DNA of 64,000 nt from Candidatus Hermodarchaeum yapensis (GCA_016840405.1 JAEOSK010000006.1:9473-73472), one strand, 5' to 3'. Counted from the stretch's first letter, positions 18,352 through 28,032 are shown. Numbers and translations: made by a program. The notes: generated from the letters alone by a model not told the origin.

Positions 18352-19401
18352 ATGAACCTGCAAAATCCAAATCCTTGCCAACGCCCTGCCCTCCATTATG
18401 AACAGCTTGCTTCAGACAAAGTTCAGTGTGGTGTGTGTGAACGCCGATGCACAATAGCTCCAGGGAACCGGGGAGTGTGTGGAGCTCGAAAAAACCTTGA
18501 TGGCAAATTAATTGTCCTTACCTATGGTGACATCAGTTCAATTAGTGCTAATCCCATCGAAAAAAAACCACTTTTCCATTTTTATCCAGGATCCCGAGCA
18601 CTCACTATAGGCAGCTGGGGATGCAATTTTGCTTGTCCCTGGTGTCAGAACTGGAGTATTAGCAAACGTCACGCAAATCCTAGTCAGTGTAACCACCTCT
18701 CACCTCAGGATTTCATTGAGGAAGTTCACCGAACCGGTTGTCAGGGGACAAGCTTTTCCTTCAATGAGCCTACAACCGCTTTTTTCGAATACGCTCTTGA
18801 TGTTATGCCAATCGCTCATAACGCGGGATTGTATAACACATTCGTGTCCAATGGTTACATGACAGCTTCAACGCTACGTCGATTAGCAGAAGCAGGATTG
18901 GATGCTATGAACATAGACATCAAGGGCTGCCGAACGGCGGTGCAGAAGTTATGCAAAATTGATACGGAAAAAGTGTGGAGCACGGCTCAATTGGCACGTG
19001 ACCTGGGTATTTGGATAGAAGTTACTACTTTGGTAATCCCGGGGTTCAATGATTCGAATCGATGTTTAGCACAAATAGCACATCGTATTCATGATGAACT
19101 GGGAGAAGAAGTCCCGTGGCATGTGAGCGCGTTCTATCCCGCATACAAAGCCCGAGAACATGGCCTGAATACTCCCACCCCAACCTCAACCCTTGAACAT
19201 GCCTACGCCCTAGGAAAAAAGGCAGAACTCTTCCATGTCTATTTAGGAAATGTGCCTGGTAACACCTCAGAAAACAGCTACTGTCGACAATGTAATGCAT
19301 TACTCATCAAGCGGCGAACTTACGATATCACACTTGTACATCTTGATAGGCAAGGCGCGTGTAAGAAATGTGGATCGTCGAACCATTTCATTTTCTCTTA
19401 G
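18352..19401 (+). CDS. AmmeMemoRadiSam-system radical SAM enzyme (PflA-like activase family)
   Basis: N-terminal CGVCERRC plus the radical-SAM GCNFACPWCQNW (CxxxCxxC). Confidence 0.8.
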   Translation: MNLQNPNPCQRPALHYEQLASDKVQCGVCERRCTIAPGNRGVCGARKNLDGKLIVLTYGDISSISANPIEKKPLFHFYPGSRALTIGSWGCNFACPWCQNWSISKRHANPSQCNHLSPQDFIEEVHRTGCQGTSFSFNEPTTAFFEYALDVMPIAHNAGLYNTFVSNGYMTASTLRRLAEAGLDAMNIDIKGCRTAVQKLCKIDTEKVWSTAQLARDLGIWIEVTTLVIPGFNDSNRCLAQIAHRIHDELGEEVPWHVSAFYPAYKAREHGLNTPTPTSTLEHAYALGKKAELFHVYLGNVPGNTSENSYCRQCNALLIKRRTYDITLVHLDRQGACKKCGSSNHFIFS

Positions 19402-19524
19402 GGGCTTTAGAAGAGTCGACAGAGTAGAGGAAACAGTTAAGGGCATTCTTTGTAATGTTGGAGTTAAGGAGGAAGCAGAGAAGTTTGGGGATTTATAATG
19501 CTTATTCAAAAGTAAAGTAGTGAA

Positions 19525-20912
19525 ATGCCATCTAAGAGGGCCAATCATCAACTCTCCTTAAGTTATCCTTGTGAATCAACCTATCATCCCGGTTGTATTG
19601 AGGAGTATCAATCTTCAATTGCAATTACCATCCCTGGCTATCTCTGTGATCTTACCATTGCTCAGGAAAAAGCATTAACAGATCTAATGCGACAATTCTG
19701 TATTGCACGTCGTTTAGCCTTTACTTTGTGTAATAAGGGAATTCCATATTCATTGATTGAGAAGCACCTTCAAGAAAAAACAGGTTTAAATTCCCGTTAT
19801 ATTAAGGATGCCATCTACTCAGTGAAGAATCTCCCTTCAACAGGTGTTACTTTTGGTGGCAAGAATAATCAATTTAGTAGAATGACAGGAAAAATTTCTC
19901 AGGAGGAATACACGAAGCGGAGAAACTCAATCCTCATATCACGCGGGGACAAAACGAAGAAAGGCAATCTCAATCTTCGAGTTATTAATGAAAATACTAG
20001 TATCAAACTTGCATTAATATTGGCAGAAGGTTCTGGATTGTTACGACGCTATTCATTCCAGACAAATACTATGCTGAATTTAAGGAAATATTAGATGGAC
20101 AAAAACCATATCAAGTTATAATAAAGCGCCGTGAAAACGATAAAAGGTTTGATGTTCGAATTACGGTTACAATAACGCCAAAGATTATTAGCAGAAGTCG
20201 TGTAATGGCACTTGATATAAATTCAGGGCATGTTGACTTTGCTATTCTTGATGATAATCTGCAATTGATTCAATTGGGACGAATTAATTGTTTCACCCTT
20301 TTGTTTGCGTCAGCAAAAAAACGTGCACACTATCTTTTCAAATTTGTTAATCTTATAACAAGAATTGCACAACATTTTGATGCAATGGTCATAGTAGGGA
20401 AGTTAAACACAGGAAGATTTCGTTCTCGGAACAGGCATGCAAATCGACGAATAAAGCAGATGCCTCAATATAATCTTCGACAGATTCTCAAATATAAGCT
20501 ATTACTCGAAGGCATTCCAGTTGAAGAACGTTCAGAAGCATATACTTCAAAAATTGGAAAAGACTTAGCAGCATTGATTGGAGTAGATACTCATAAAGCG
20601 GCGGCAATTCTTTTTGCCCTCAAATTTCTTGATTATCCGAAATTCATGACATTACGCTCATCAACCCAAGATGAGAAACATCTCCCACTCCGTGTTCAAG
20701 CATATAATGAAGGCAATGGAAGTCGGAGTACAACAGAGCTAAGAGTGGGAAGCGGACTTACTGTCCTATCCAAGACTTACCGTCTAGGATACTATGACAC
20801 CACAGATGGTGGAGGCTACCCGGCAATACCAAGTAGCTGGGGGCTCTCCAATTTTGCTGAGAGCCTGAAGCCAAATTTAGTCCAAAGAATCGTTAAAATT
20901 GTTTTAGACTAA
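19525..20912 (+). pseudogene. TnpB-like (OrfB) gene lacking the zinc finger, disrupted by a frameshift near 20019-20040
   Basis: ORFs 19525..20094 and 20205..20912. The second frame is open upstream to 20019 (IGRRFWIVTTLFIPDKYYAEFKEILDGQKPYQVIIKRRENDKRFDVRITVTI...). RuvC-I-like ALDINSGHVDFAILD; then EAYTSKIG...GVDTHKAAAILFALK with no CxxC pairs. By eye it is more A+T-rich than its flanks. Confidence 0.6.
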
Positions 20913-20988
20913 GTTTTCGGTAACTTGGAAGCAGTGTGGAAGCATCCTCAAGGAACCCTAATAAACTAAGTGTAACCTAGGAAAAGTC

Positions 20989-21987
20989 ATGGAATCCACA
21001 ACTAAGCCTATTGAAACCATGACAGCATTGAAGTGCCAATCTTGCAATGCTCCTCTCACCGTCTCACCAGATGACGTGGTTATTGTTTGTGGTTACTGTG
21101 GATACACAACTACAATTGAAGGAGATAAAATTGATAATCACTTCGTGTTGGAACCCACCGTTGACGCTTCAGATGTTAGAGAGAAAGTCACTGACTGGGT
21201 AGGACGAGGTGGTAAAGCTCAAGTGACAGAAGCAATTCTTCGATTCGTACCCTTTTGGGTTGAAGAAATGCACGCACACTCGACATATCAAGGATACAAA
21301 AAACATCAAGAAACCGAATACTATACGGATTCACAGGGTAAACGCCGCTCACGGACCAAAATCGAATACGAACCGATTCAAGGAACTTTTGATGAGAATC
21401 GCTCCATCAATGTGCTATGCCGACGTGGCGCCACATTCTATAGCCAAGGTGAGCTGGATAAGGCACTTCAAGTAACGAAGAGGGAGGTTAAACCTTTCAA
21501 TTATAATTCGATCACTGCAGCTGAAAAGAATCCCCTCTTTTTGAATAGCGAATTAACCGACGCCGATGCGTATGAAATTGCTGAAACCTATGTTGAAGAT
21601 GACCATCGAAGCCGGGCTGATTCGAGGGCAACGGAGATTTGGGATTGTCATACGAGAATCCAAAAAACCGGTTCCTACCTTCTCCACGTCCCTCATTGGC
21701 TCGTTCGATATCGATTTGGTACTGAAACCTATCGAGTTGGAATTGATGGTTATACAAAGAAGGTGCTGAAAGGCGAAGTCCCCGTTACCACCGCCTTTCG
21801 CGCAGCAATGTATTTTGTCAGCATCCTCTTTCTGTTCATCGGTACGGTGGGAACCTACTTCGTAGCTGAATTTCTTAGACCGCAAGGGCTAGAAATGCTA
21901 TCCTTTGCCGTAGTTATCCTTAGCCTTATCATTGCAGCCTTTGCAATTAGGCAAACGTTCAAGATAAGCTCAGAGAAGCGTGAATAA
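20989..21987 (+). CDS. Zn-ribbon / two-TM membrane protein, paralog 1 (YdjG-like architecture)
   Basis: N-terminal CQSCNAPL...CGYCG ribbon. Central HVPHWLVRYRF...YRVGIDGYTKKVLKGEVP. Two C-terminal hydrophobic helices. Confidence 0.7.
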   Translation: MESTTKPIETMTALKCQSCNAPLTVSPDDVVIVCGYCGYTTTIEGDKIDNHFVLEPTVDASDVREKVTDWVGRGGKAQVTEAILRFVPFWVEEMHAHSTYQGYKKHQETEYYTDSQGKRRSRTKIEYEPIQGTFDENRSINVLCRRGATFYSQGELDKALQVTKREVKPFNYNSITAAEKNPLFLNSELTDADAYEIAETYVEDDHRSRADSRATEIWDCHTRIQKTGSYLLHVPHWLVRYRFGTETYRVGIDGYTKKVLKGEVPVTTAFRAAMYFVSILFLFIGTVGTYFVAEFLRPQGLEMLSFAVVILSLIIAAFAIRQTFKISSEKRE

Positions 21988-22018
21988 ATCCAAAATGGAG
22001 AAAATGGGTGATTAAAAA

Positions 22019-23005
22019 ATGGCAAAGAAACATTGTCCGAATTGCGGTGGAGCACTGGATATCCATCCAACTGATGCAATCATTACCTGTTCATATTGCG
22101 GGACATCCTTCACACCTGATGGTACAAAAATGAAGGAACATTTTGCTCTCCAAGTTAATTACTCAGAGAGTGACGCACTGGACACACTCAAAGCCTATCT
22201 TGTCAAGGTGCCTGGCGTAGCTAATGACCTCGCACAGCAAATTTCCTTGAAAGAGATCTCCATGACGTACTATCCATATTGGGTCTATACCGTGCAAGGT
22301 GACGTTTCCTATCGGGGCATCGATAAGAAGGCAAGTTTCCGTGGTCAGTCAGGAGGACGATATTCAAGCATTCACTGGGAGTGGGTTGCAGAATCGGGTC
22401 ATCAAGAACAAACCCGACAAATTCGTCTCTATGCTGGCCCCAAGGTTCGAGGAGAAATTGTGAACTATCCTATCGCAACCCGATCTCGTCGTTACTTCAA
22501 TTTCGAAGAAGCCAAACAACATACCGCCAACGTGCTATTTTCGAAAGTATCAGAGGAAGCAGCAAAACAACAAGCAATAGGAACTACAAAGAACATCATC
22601 TATTCACGGATTAACCGGGAAACGGAACGAGTTGAAGAAGCCAAGGAGAACTTCGTTGTTACAGATCATGCCTACATACATGTACCCATCTACCACATTC
22701 AATTTACTGTGGGTGGAGGTAAAACATACGAGGCTGCACTCGATGCTTCAAATGGCCGGGTAATCTACACAGAGATTCCGCGGACTACAGGGTTCAAACT
22801 GAAGGCTCTAGGCTCTGCAGCCTTTTGGTTTATACTCACAATAATTGGCGCGGCTGTTGCCTTCTTGTCATACCAAGGGATTCATCTGATATCAGGATTG
22901 GATCTCTTTTATCCAGCAATTGGCTTAACGACAATTTCAGGCATCCTTGGAATACTCACGCTCTACTATGTTACCCGAGGAGTAACCGCGGAAAGAGCAC
23001 GCTAG
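22019..23005 (+). CDS. Zn-ribbon / two-TM membrane protein, paralog 2
   Basis: CPNCGGAL...CSYCG, YYPYWVY and HVPIYHIQF...YEAALDASNGRVIYTEIP, with two C-terminal TM helices. Same layout and length as the preceding gene. Confidence 0.7.
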   Translation: MAKKHCPNCGGALDIHPTDAIITCSYCGTSFTPDGTKMKEHFALQVNYSESDALDTLKAYLVKVPGVANDLAQQISLKEISMTYYPYWVYTVQGDVSYRGIDKKASFRGQSGGRYSSIHWEWVAESGHQEQTRQIRLYAGPKVRGEIVNYPIATRSRRYFNFEEAKQHTANVLFSKVSEEAAKQQAIGTTKNIIYSRINRETERVEEAKENFVVTDHAYIHVPIYHIQFTVGGGKTYEAALDASNGRVIYTEIPRTTGFKLKALGSAAFWFILTIIGAAVAFLSYQGIHLISGLDLFYPAIGLTTISGILGILTLYYVTRGVTAERAR

Positions 23006-23009
23006 ACTC

Positions 23010-23215
23010 TAGCCCTCCAAACCATTACAGGTTCGATTCACTACACACTAATAGAGGATACTATCAACAAAGTGGTCCACAACGAGTCCCAGCAAGCGAT
23101 TCAGTGAGACTAACAAGATTTTGTGAACTACCCCGCCCTGAAGCTTGGGGCTTCCTGCTTCGACGCTTCAGCCAGTGCTGACAGCTCCACAGGCTCTTCC
23201 CGAGGTTCCCTCGGT
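23010..23215 (-). ncRNA. Candidate omega-RNA / right-end scaffold of the TnpB element
   Basis: It overlaps the 3' end of tnpB, as is usual for omega-RNAs. Minus-strand hairpins are CCGAGG-gaa-CCUCGG and CUGAAGC-(20 nt)-GCUUCAG, followed by GGGCGGGG. Inference only. Confidence 0.35.
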
Positions 23216-24309
23216 GCCATGATGGATCGTAATCCTATCATCTTGATGTTTTGGGCAGCGTTAGAGTCCCGATCATGCTGCTTATGACACTTAGGACAGG
23301 TCCATTCTTTTTCTGAGAGAGTTAACGCGTTATACTTGAAGCCACAGGCTGAGCAGAGCTGGCTCGTTGCCTCGAACCGCCCTAACGTTATGAATGTCAC
23401 GCCATACCACTCAGCCTTATATTTTAACATCCTGTGAAAGCTAGCCCACGCCGCGTCTGAGATATGTCGTGCTAGTCTACGGTTTCGGATTAAACCTTGT
23501 ACATTCAGGCTCTCCATTATGATCGCTTGGTTCTCGCGTATCAGTCGTGTTGAGAGCTTCTGTTGAAAATCCACACGCTGGTTAGTGACGCGCTCATAGC
23601 ATCGTGCAAGCCTCAGTCTAGCTTTCGTTCGATTTTTTGATCCCTTTTTCTTTCTACTCAGTCTTTTGTGAAGACACCGTAATCTCATGAGCGCGCACCG
23701 AAGGTGCCTGTGATTATCGATTTTCTCACCACCCGACAAGGTGGCATATGTGGTGATACCGACATCAATTCCAATCGAACTCTTTGTAGTGACTCTTCTC
23801 TTCCTGGGAGGAGATTTTCCATCCTCGACCACAATAGAGATGAAGATCTTGCCAGTGTTGGTTGAGACAACGGTGCACGTTTTTGGAATGCCCTCAAATC
23901 TTCGATGAAAGACGGTTTTTACTTGACCAATCTTTGGTAGTCGCACTCTTCGGGTATCAAAGTCGACTGTAAAGAATTGTGGGATATCAAAGGACTGTCT
24001 GTGTTGTTTTCTACTCTTGAATTTAGGATATCCGTACCTTTTTTCATCGTGATTGGCGCGTTGAAAGAAATGTTTGAAAGCTAGGTGGAGCCGCTTGACT
24101 GCCTGTTGGAGGGACTGGGAATTGACATGCTTAAGAAATGGATGGTCCTGTTTAAGTTGTATGAGGAGGTGGTTCAGGTCGTACCAGCTCAGACTCTTGC
24201 CGTCCTCATCATACACACGCATCTTTGTTTCTAGTGCCCAGTTATAAACGAACCGACAGGCATCCGTGTTTTTCCGAATTCGTTCGCGCTGAATCTTGTT
24301 TGGATACAA
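23128..24309 (-). CDS. tnpB: TnpB (IS200/IS605 OrfB) RNA-guided endonuclease family, apparently intact
   Basis: N-terminus (Y)RLYPNKIQRERI. RuvC-I is IGIDVGITTYATLS, RuvC-II is AIIMESLNVQGL. Zn ribbon is CSACG...CPKCH. RuvC-III is HDRDSNAAQNI. TTG start; no ATG or GTG is available further upstream in frame. Confidence 0.9.
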   Translation of the reverse strand: MYPNKIQRERIRKNTDACRFVYNWALETKMRVYDEDGKSLSWYDLNHLLIQLKQDHPFLKHVNSQSLQQAVKRLHLAFKHFFQRANHDEKRYGYPKFKSRKQHRQSFDIPQFFTVDFDTRRVRLPKIGQVKTVFHRRFEGIPKTCTVVSTNTGKIFISIVVEDGKSPPRKRRVTTKSSIGIDVGITTYATLSGGEKIDNHRHLRCALMRLRCLHKRLSRKKKGSKNRTKARLRLARCYERVTNQRVDFQQKLSTRLIRENQAIIMESLNVQGLIRNRRLARHISDAAWASFHRMLKYKAEWYGVTFITLGRFEATSQLCSACGFKYNALTLSEKEWTCPKCHKQHDRDSNAAQNIKMIGLRSIMAPREPREEPVELSALAEASKQEAPSFRAG

Positions 24310-24460
24310 ACGATACCTGTAGGTTCGCAGTATATGATTAGGTTTCTCAACGGGCTATTCGAAGATCTTGATTCACTCCCCACCAGAAAGAAGGGTTCTT
24401 CACGAGATTTTATAAGCCCTTAGCACAATGCCTAGATAGTGATTGTCGAGGTGACTCCCG

Positions 24461-25006
24461 TTGGGAGATGATGATAAACCCTCTATTATGGAAAAAGTCG
24501 ATGACGAACGCACCCTTACACAAAAAATTATGAAATTGATCCCAGGATGGCGGGGATACCGGATTAAGGAAGAACGGCGCAACGCTGATCGAATCCTTCG
24601 TGACCAAATAGTTAACCGTCTTCGTAGCTGTCAAGATACCATTCAAGACATCCGAGTAGCTGTCGTTGATGCAGAAATTGAATATGCCTACCGTACTGTT
24701 GATTCTCTAATGAGTCGGACTGAAAAAATCATCAGTCAAATTGAACATGCAGATTATGGATACAGACCCTTTTTCGATGCTATCAAAATTAAAGAAGATG
24801 ACCTCATGAACATGCTCAGATTTGACACATGGTTCACTGAACAGGTTCAAGAGTTTGACCGGCGTTGTAGTGACACTCTAACGCTTGTTGAAGATGCACC
24901 TGATGAAGCCGTTGGACACATCAAAGATCTTCGGAAAATGGTTTCAGAAATGAGCCGAAAGTGGAAAGATCGAGAGCAAGTGATAATGGGTGTTGAAGTA
25001 GTCTAA
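24461..25006 (+). CDS. Hypothetical all-helical (coiled-coil-like) protein
   Basis: 181 aa, rich in charged heptad-like segments (GYRIKEERRNADRILRDQIVNRL...). It lies between the Zn-ribbon paralogs and the SPFH gene. Alternative ATG at 24488. Confidence 0.6.
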   Translation: MGDDDKPSIMEKVDDERTLTQKIMKLIPGWRGYRIKEERRNADRILRDQIVNRLRSCQDTIQDIRVAVVDAEIEYAYRTVDSLMSRTEKIISQIEHADYGYRPFFDAIKIKEDDLMNMLRFDTWFTEQVQEFDRRCSDTLTLVEDAPDEAVGHIKDLRKMVSEMSRKWKDREQVIMGVEVV

Positions 25007-25016
25007 ATGGATCTGG

Positions 25017-25034
25017 GTCCTTTTTTGGACCCTG
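25017..25034 (+). terminator. Hairpin GGGTCC-TTTTTT-GGACCC just after the stop of 24461..25006
   Basis: Perfect 6-bp inverted repeat followed by T-rich sequence. Archaeal terminators are oligo-T based, so a functional role is an inference. Confidence 0.3.
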
Positions 25035-25305
25035 ATTTTCTTTTCTTTACTAACCAAAAACAACCAAGTTCCTTAAGCGGAAAATCGGTTGGGCCATTTG
25101 CTGATATCATGAATGGTGGCTATGGTTAATCTTTATACGTCAGCGGGATTTCACAAGTGTGATTTCTTCGAAATATTGTGGTGTAAATTTTTTGCATTCG
25201 TTTAAAATTAATTTGAGTGATGTAGTAAAGTTGAAAAGGCTGGGCACGAAAGACACCTCAAACCTTCTATAACCCCCAACTGGATTTCCAGGGGGAGAAA
25301 GAATC

Positions 25306-26295
25306 ATGCCAGAGATTATTGAATGGAAGAAAATGCGTAAGGACGATATGGTCTATCGTTGGCCTAATGATCTCGTGAAATGGGGCAGTCAGTGTCTCGT
25401 TCGCGAAAACCAAGCAGCCGTCTTTTATCGTGATGGAAAAGCCCTTGATGTAATGGGTGTTGGCCGTCACACACTCACCACAGCTAATGTACCTATTCTC
25501 ACAGGAATTCTTCGAAGGATTGCCGGCTTTGACAAGTCACCCTTTACTGCTGAAGTCATCTTTATCAACATGACCAAATTCCAAGGGAAGTTTGGCGGTC
25601 GAGGGCAGACACGTGATTTAGCACCCCTCATGTTTCATGGAGAATTCTGGTACGAAATCGACGACGCTCAAATCTTCGTCAACGAAGTCGTAGCAGGAGA
25701 GAACTATACAACCCAAGACGCCACGACCTTTATTCGATCCAAATTCGTCGAATTGGCGATGGACGAATTGTCAGGTTATTCACTTCAAAATGCCATGACC
25801 AGGCTTGATGAGACCAGCATGAAGGCAAAGACTCGATTAGCTGATAAATTCGAAGAATACGGTTTGAAATTGTTAGACATGGCCTTTGCCGGCATGGATA
25901 CTGAACCCGAATACCGTGAACGGCTCTTCTTCGCTGCTCAAGGTGTCACTGGTCAGCAGGTCCTCACCGCTGAGACAATGCGTCGAAGTGCCGAAGCCCT
26001 AGGTCAAGGTGGAGGAGCAGCCGCTGCCGGTTCAGGAATAGTGCTCATACCACAACTCGCCGATATGATGCGCCAGTCACAGAAACCACAAGATGCAGGG
26101 GTCACTGCTGTAATGTGTCCCTATTGTGGTGAAGCAGCTCCACTCCACAAGAACAAGGCGCCCAAGTTCTGTCCGAACTGTGGAAAGGTTCTCCGGAAAC
26201 AAGTCGAAGCACAAGCGAAGGCGAAGAAGTTCTGTCCGAACTGTGGTGCCCCTGCAAAGGGTAAGTTCTGCGCTGAATGTGGCGAAAAGCTTTAG
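25306..26295 (+). CDS. SPFH/Band-7 domain protein with C-terminal zinc ribbons (YdjI / COG4260-like)
   Basis: N-terminus IIEWKKMRKDDMVYRWPNDLVKWGSQCLVRENQAAVFYRDGK is typical of the YdjI / 'virion core protein-like' SPFH family. The C-terminus has CPYCG, KFCPNCG, KFCPNCG and KFCAECG. GGGGGAGAAAG RBS upstream. Confidence 0.8.
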   Translation: MPEIIEWKKMRKDDMVYRWPNDLVKWGSQCLVRENQAAVFYRDGKALDVMGVGRHTLTTANVPILTGILRRIAGFDKSPFTAEVIFINMTKFQGKFGGRGQTRDLAPLMFHGEFWYEIDDAQIFVNEVVAGENYTTQDATTFIRSKFVELAMDELSGYSLQNAMTRLDETSMKAKTRLADKFEEYGLKLLDMAFAGMDTEPEYRERLFFAAQGVTGQQVLTAETMRRSAEALGQGGGAAAAGSGIVLIPQLADMMRQSQKPQDAGVTAVMCPYCGEAAPLHKNKAPKFCPNCGKVLRKQVEAQAKAKKFCPNCGAPAKGKFCAECGEKL

Positions 26296-26304
26296 GTGGA
26301 CACT

Positions 26305-26334
26305 GGGGCTTTCGCCCCTCCTTCTTTCTTTTTT
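26305..26334 (+). terminator. GGGGC-TTTC-GCCCC hairpin followed by a T-rich tract
   Basis: Lies 10 nt after the stop of the SPFH gene, followed by tccttctttcttttttcc. Confidence 0.4.
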
Positions 26335-26458
26335 CCATCAGTTGTAGTTTTTGCCAACTAGAATTATCTAGGTTGTAAGTTATACTTTTCAGCTTGTTTA
26401 AATACAGCTAATCAGCTGGTAGTAATGAACACGTGTTTCCTACTTAGTGGTCCCAATC

Positions 26459-27853
26459 ATGAAAGGATACGCTAAAAACCTATCATTTGCCCTCTTCGGA
26501 TTTTTGCTACTCTTCCTTCTTGTTCCTGGTCAATCTCAGGCACTTCCTCCTCAATACTGGACACCAGGAATTGAACAACAATTCTTTGGTCACACCTTTG
26601 CGGAGCATATGTGGACCAACGATTCCATCGTCTTCGAGTCGGAGAACAACGACACCGTTCAGTTCATAGCGAGCTACTTGAATTACGAAGATGCAGGAAA
26701 AAGCTTTCAGGCGATGCTCATCGCCTTGGGTGTTGTAGAAAACGAAAATGGCACCCAATCAACTCTTCCATACCAGCTTTTTGGTCTCCATTTCACGACC
26801 AAAGATAACAAGGATGTCTTCGCTGGATCCTTGCTGGCCTTCCTCTTCGGGTTCAACGACACAGACCACAACGGTGTGCCAAGTCCCGGGGAAAACCGGT
26901 TCTTCATCATTCCATATGGTTTCAACGAAGGCAATTCTACAGCCCCTCTGAGCATCGAAGCGATTCCTGTAACGAAACTATCTGAAGACCACTACCAGTT
27001 TGGCATTCGTTATCAAAATCTGTATGGACGACTGATTTCGGCCAACGATGCTGGGGAATTTTTACTAACTTTGCTCATGCCGTTATTTGAAATCACATTC
27101 AGTGAATTAACAGTAATCTATGATATTCAGATTGATCGTGAAACAGGAGAAATTACCACGGAGACATATTATACGATTGGACAGGTCACTGAATTTCTAT
27201 TTCTAGGGACATCAGTTCCCAACTTTCATGAAGCCTTAGGTGATATTGGAATTGGTGTCGCACATCTTGGCATCGTATTAACTCCGAGATACTACGTCCG
27301 TACAGCAGGTGGACTTCCAGTCAGTGGAACCGACCAATCCTTAGCCAACATCACAACGGATTTGCGAGGACGACAACGAGCCTTTGCTCTGACAACACGA
27401 GGAACCTACGATGTCATCAATGAAACTACTGATCCTGATACAACAATTCAATCGAATCTTCCCGCGTACAGTTGGATTCTCTCTCCAGAGCCAATTGACC
27501 TAATCCTAATGCTATGGCAATTACCAATTTCAGCGACTATCTTCAGTATTTTTGCATATGCTATGAGTGATTATCTACAAAATCTCTTCAGTGGTCCACT
27601 CGATGTGTTGAATCATGCAGATACGATTTTCAATACGGCCGCCTTTTGGTTTGGCATCACATTTCCCGAATCCAATGGCTATCGTGTTGAACACGACCCT
27701 GTGTATACTGCATTTTCGAATATAGGACAATTCGCCAGTCCCCTTGGGTTAGTTATCTTGGGATGCATCGCGTTAATCGCCCTCATCATTGTAGTTCTTC
27801 AAGTCATCCGAGCGAATGGGCGAACGAAAAACAACCACACCAATCAAAAATGA
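26459..27853 (+). CDS. Secreted, sequon-rich surface protein with C-terminal TM anchor, paralog A
   Basis: Signal-peptide-like MKGYAKNLSFALFGFLLLFLLVPGQSQA, at least 7 N-x-S/T sequons after it, and a C-terminal hydrophobic helix plus basic tail. Clearly paralogous to 28937..30322. The track ORF starts at 26447. Confidence 0.7.
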   Translation: MKGYAKNLSFALFGFLLLFLLVPGQSQALPPQYWTPGIEQQFFGHTFAEHMWTNDSIVFESENNDTVQFIASYLNYEDAGKSFQAMLIALGVVENENGTQSTLPYQLFGLHFTTKDNKDVFAGSLLAFLFGFNDTDHNGVPSPGENRFFIIPYGFNEGNSTAPLSIEAIPVTKLSEDHYQFGIRYQNLYGRLISANDAGEFLLTLLMPLFEITFSELTVIYDIQIDRETGEITTETYYTIGQVTEFLFLGTSVPNFHEALGDIGIGVAHLGIVLTPRYYVRTAGGLPVSGTDQSLANITTDLRGRQRAFALTTRGTYDVINETTDPDTTIQSNLPAYSWILSPEPIDLILMLWQLPISATIFSIFAYAMSDYLQNLFSGPLDVLNHADTIFNTAAFWFGITFPESNGYRVEHDPVYTAFSNIGQFASPLGLVILGCIALIALIIVVLQVIRANGRTKNNHTNQK

Positions 27854-28032
27854 ATCTAATTCTATGGAGTGCTCTCCAATGCGATTTCCCCGTCCTTTGT
27901 TTACCGAAACCCTCAACGACCCTCAGATTTGTGACGATATGTATAAAGGCGTATCATCTTCAGGGAATATAGAACCAGGATAGTATCGGTAGCTAGCTAC
28001 CAAATCATGATTTGACGGGGATGAGCTGACCA

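Larger units (their letters stand above)
23006..24400 (-). mobile_element. IS200/IS605-family tnpB-only element inserted in the intergenic spacer of the Zn-ribbon/SPFH cluster; boundaries approximate
   Basis: An opposite-strand TnpB gene sits exactly between the stop of 22019..23005 and the start of 24461..25006. The palindrome GCTAGACTCTAGC (23001-23013) lies at one junction. Confidence 0.6.

Noticed and set aside
23025-23045. GGTTCGATTC, resembling a tRNA T-loop
   Set aside because: There are no flanking acceptor, T-stem or anticodon-arm complementarity. It lies within the presumed right end of the TnpB element.
25007-25129. 40-aa ORF starting at the ATG that abuts the TAA stop of 24461..25006
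   Set aside because: It contains the GGGTCC-T6-GGACCC hairpin and T-rich terminator-like sequence, and has no RBS. It is more likely non-coding, but I cannot exclude it.
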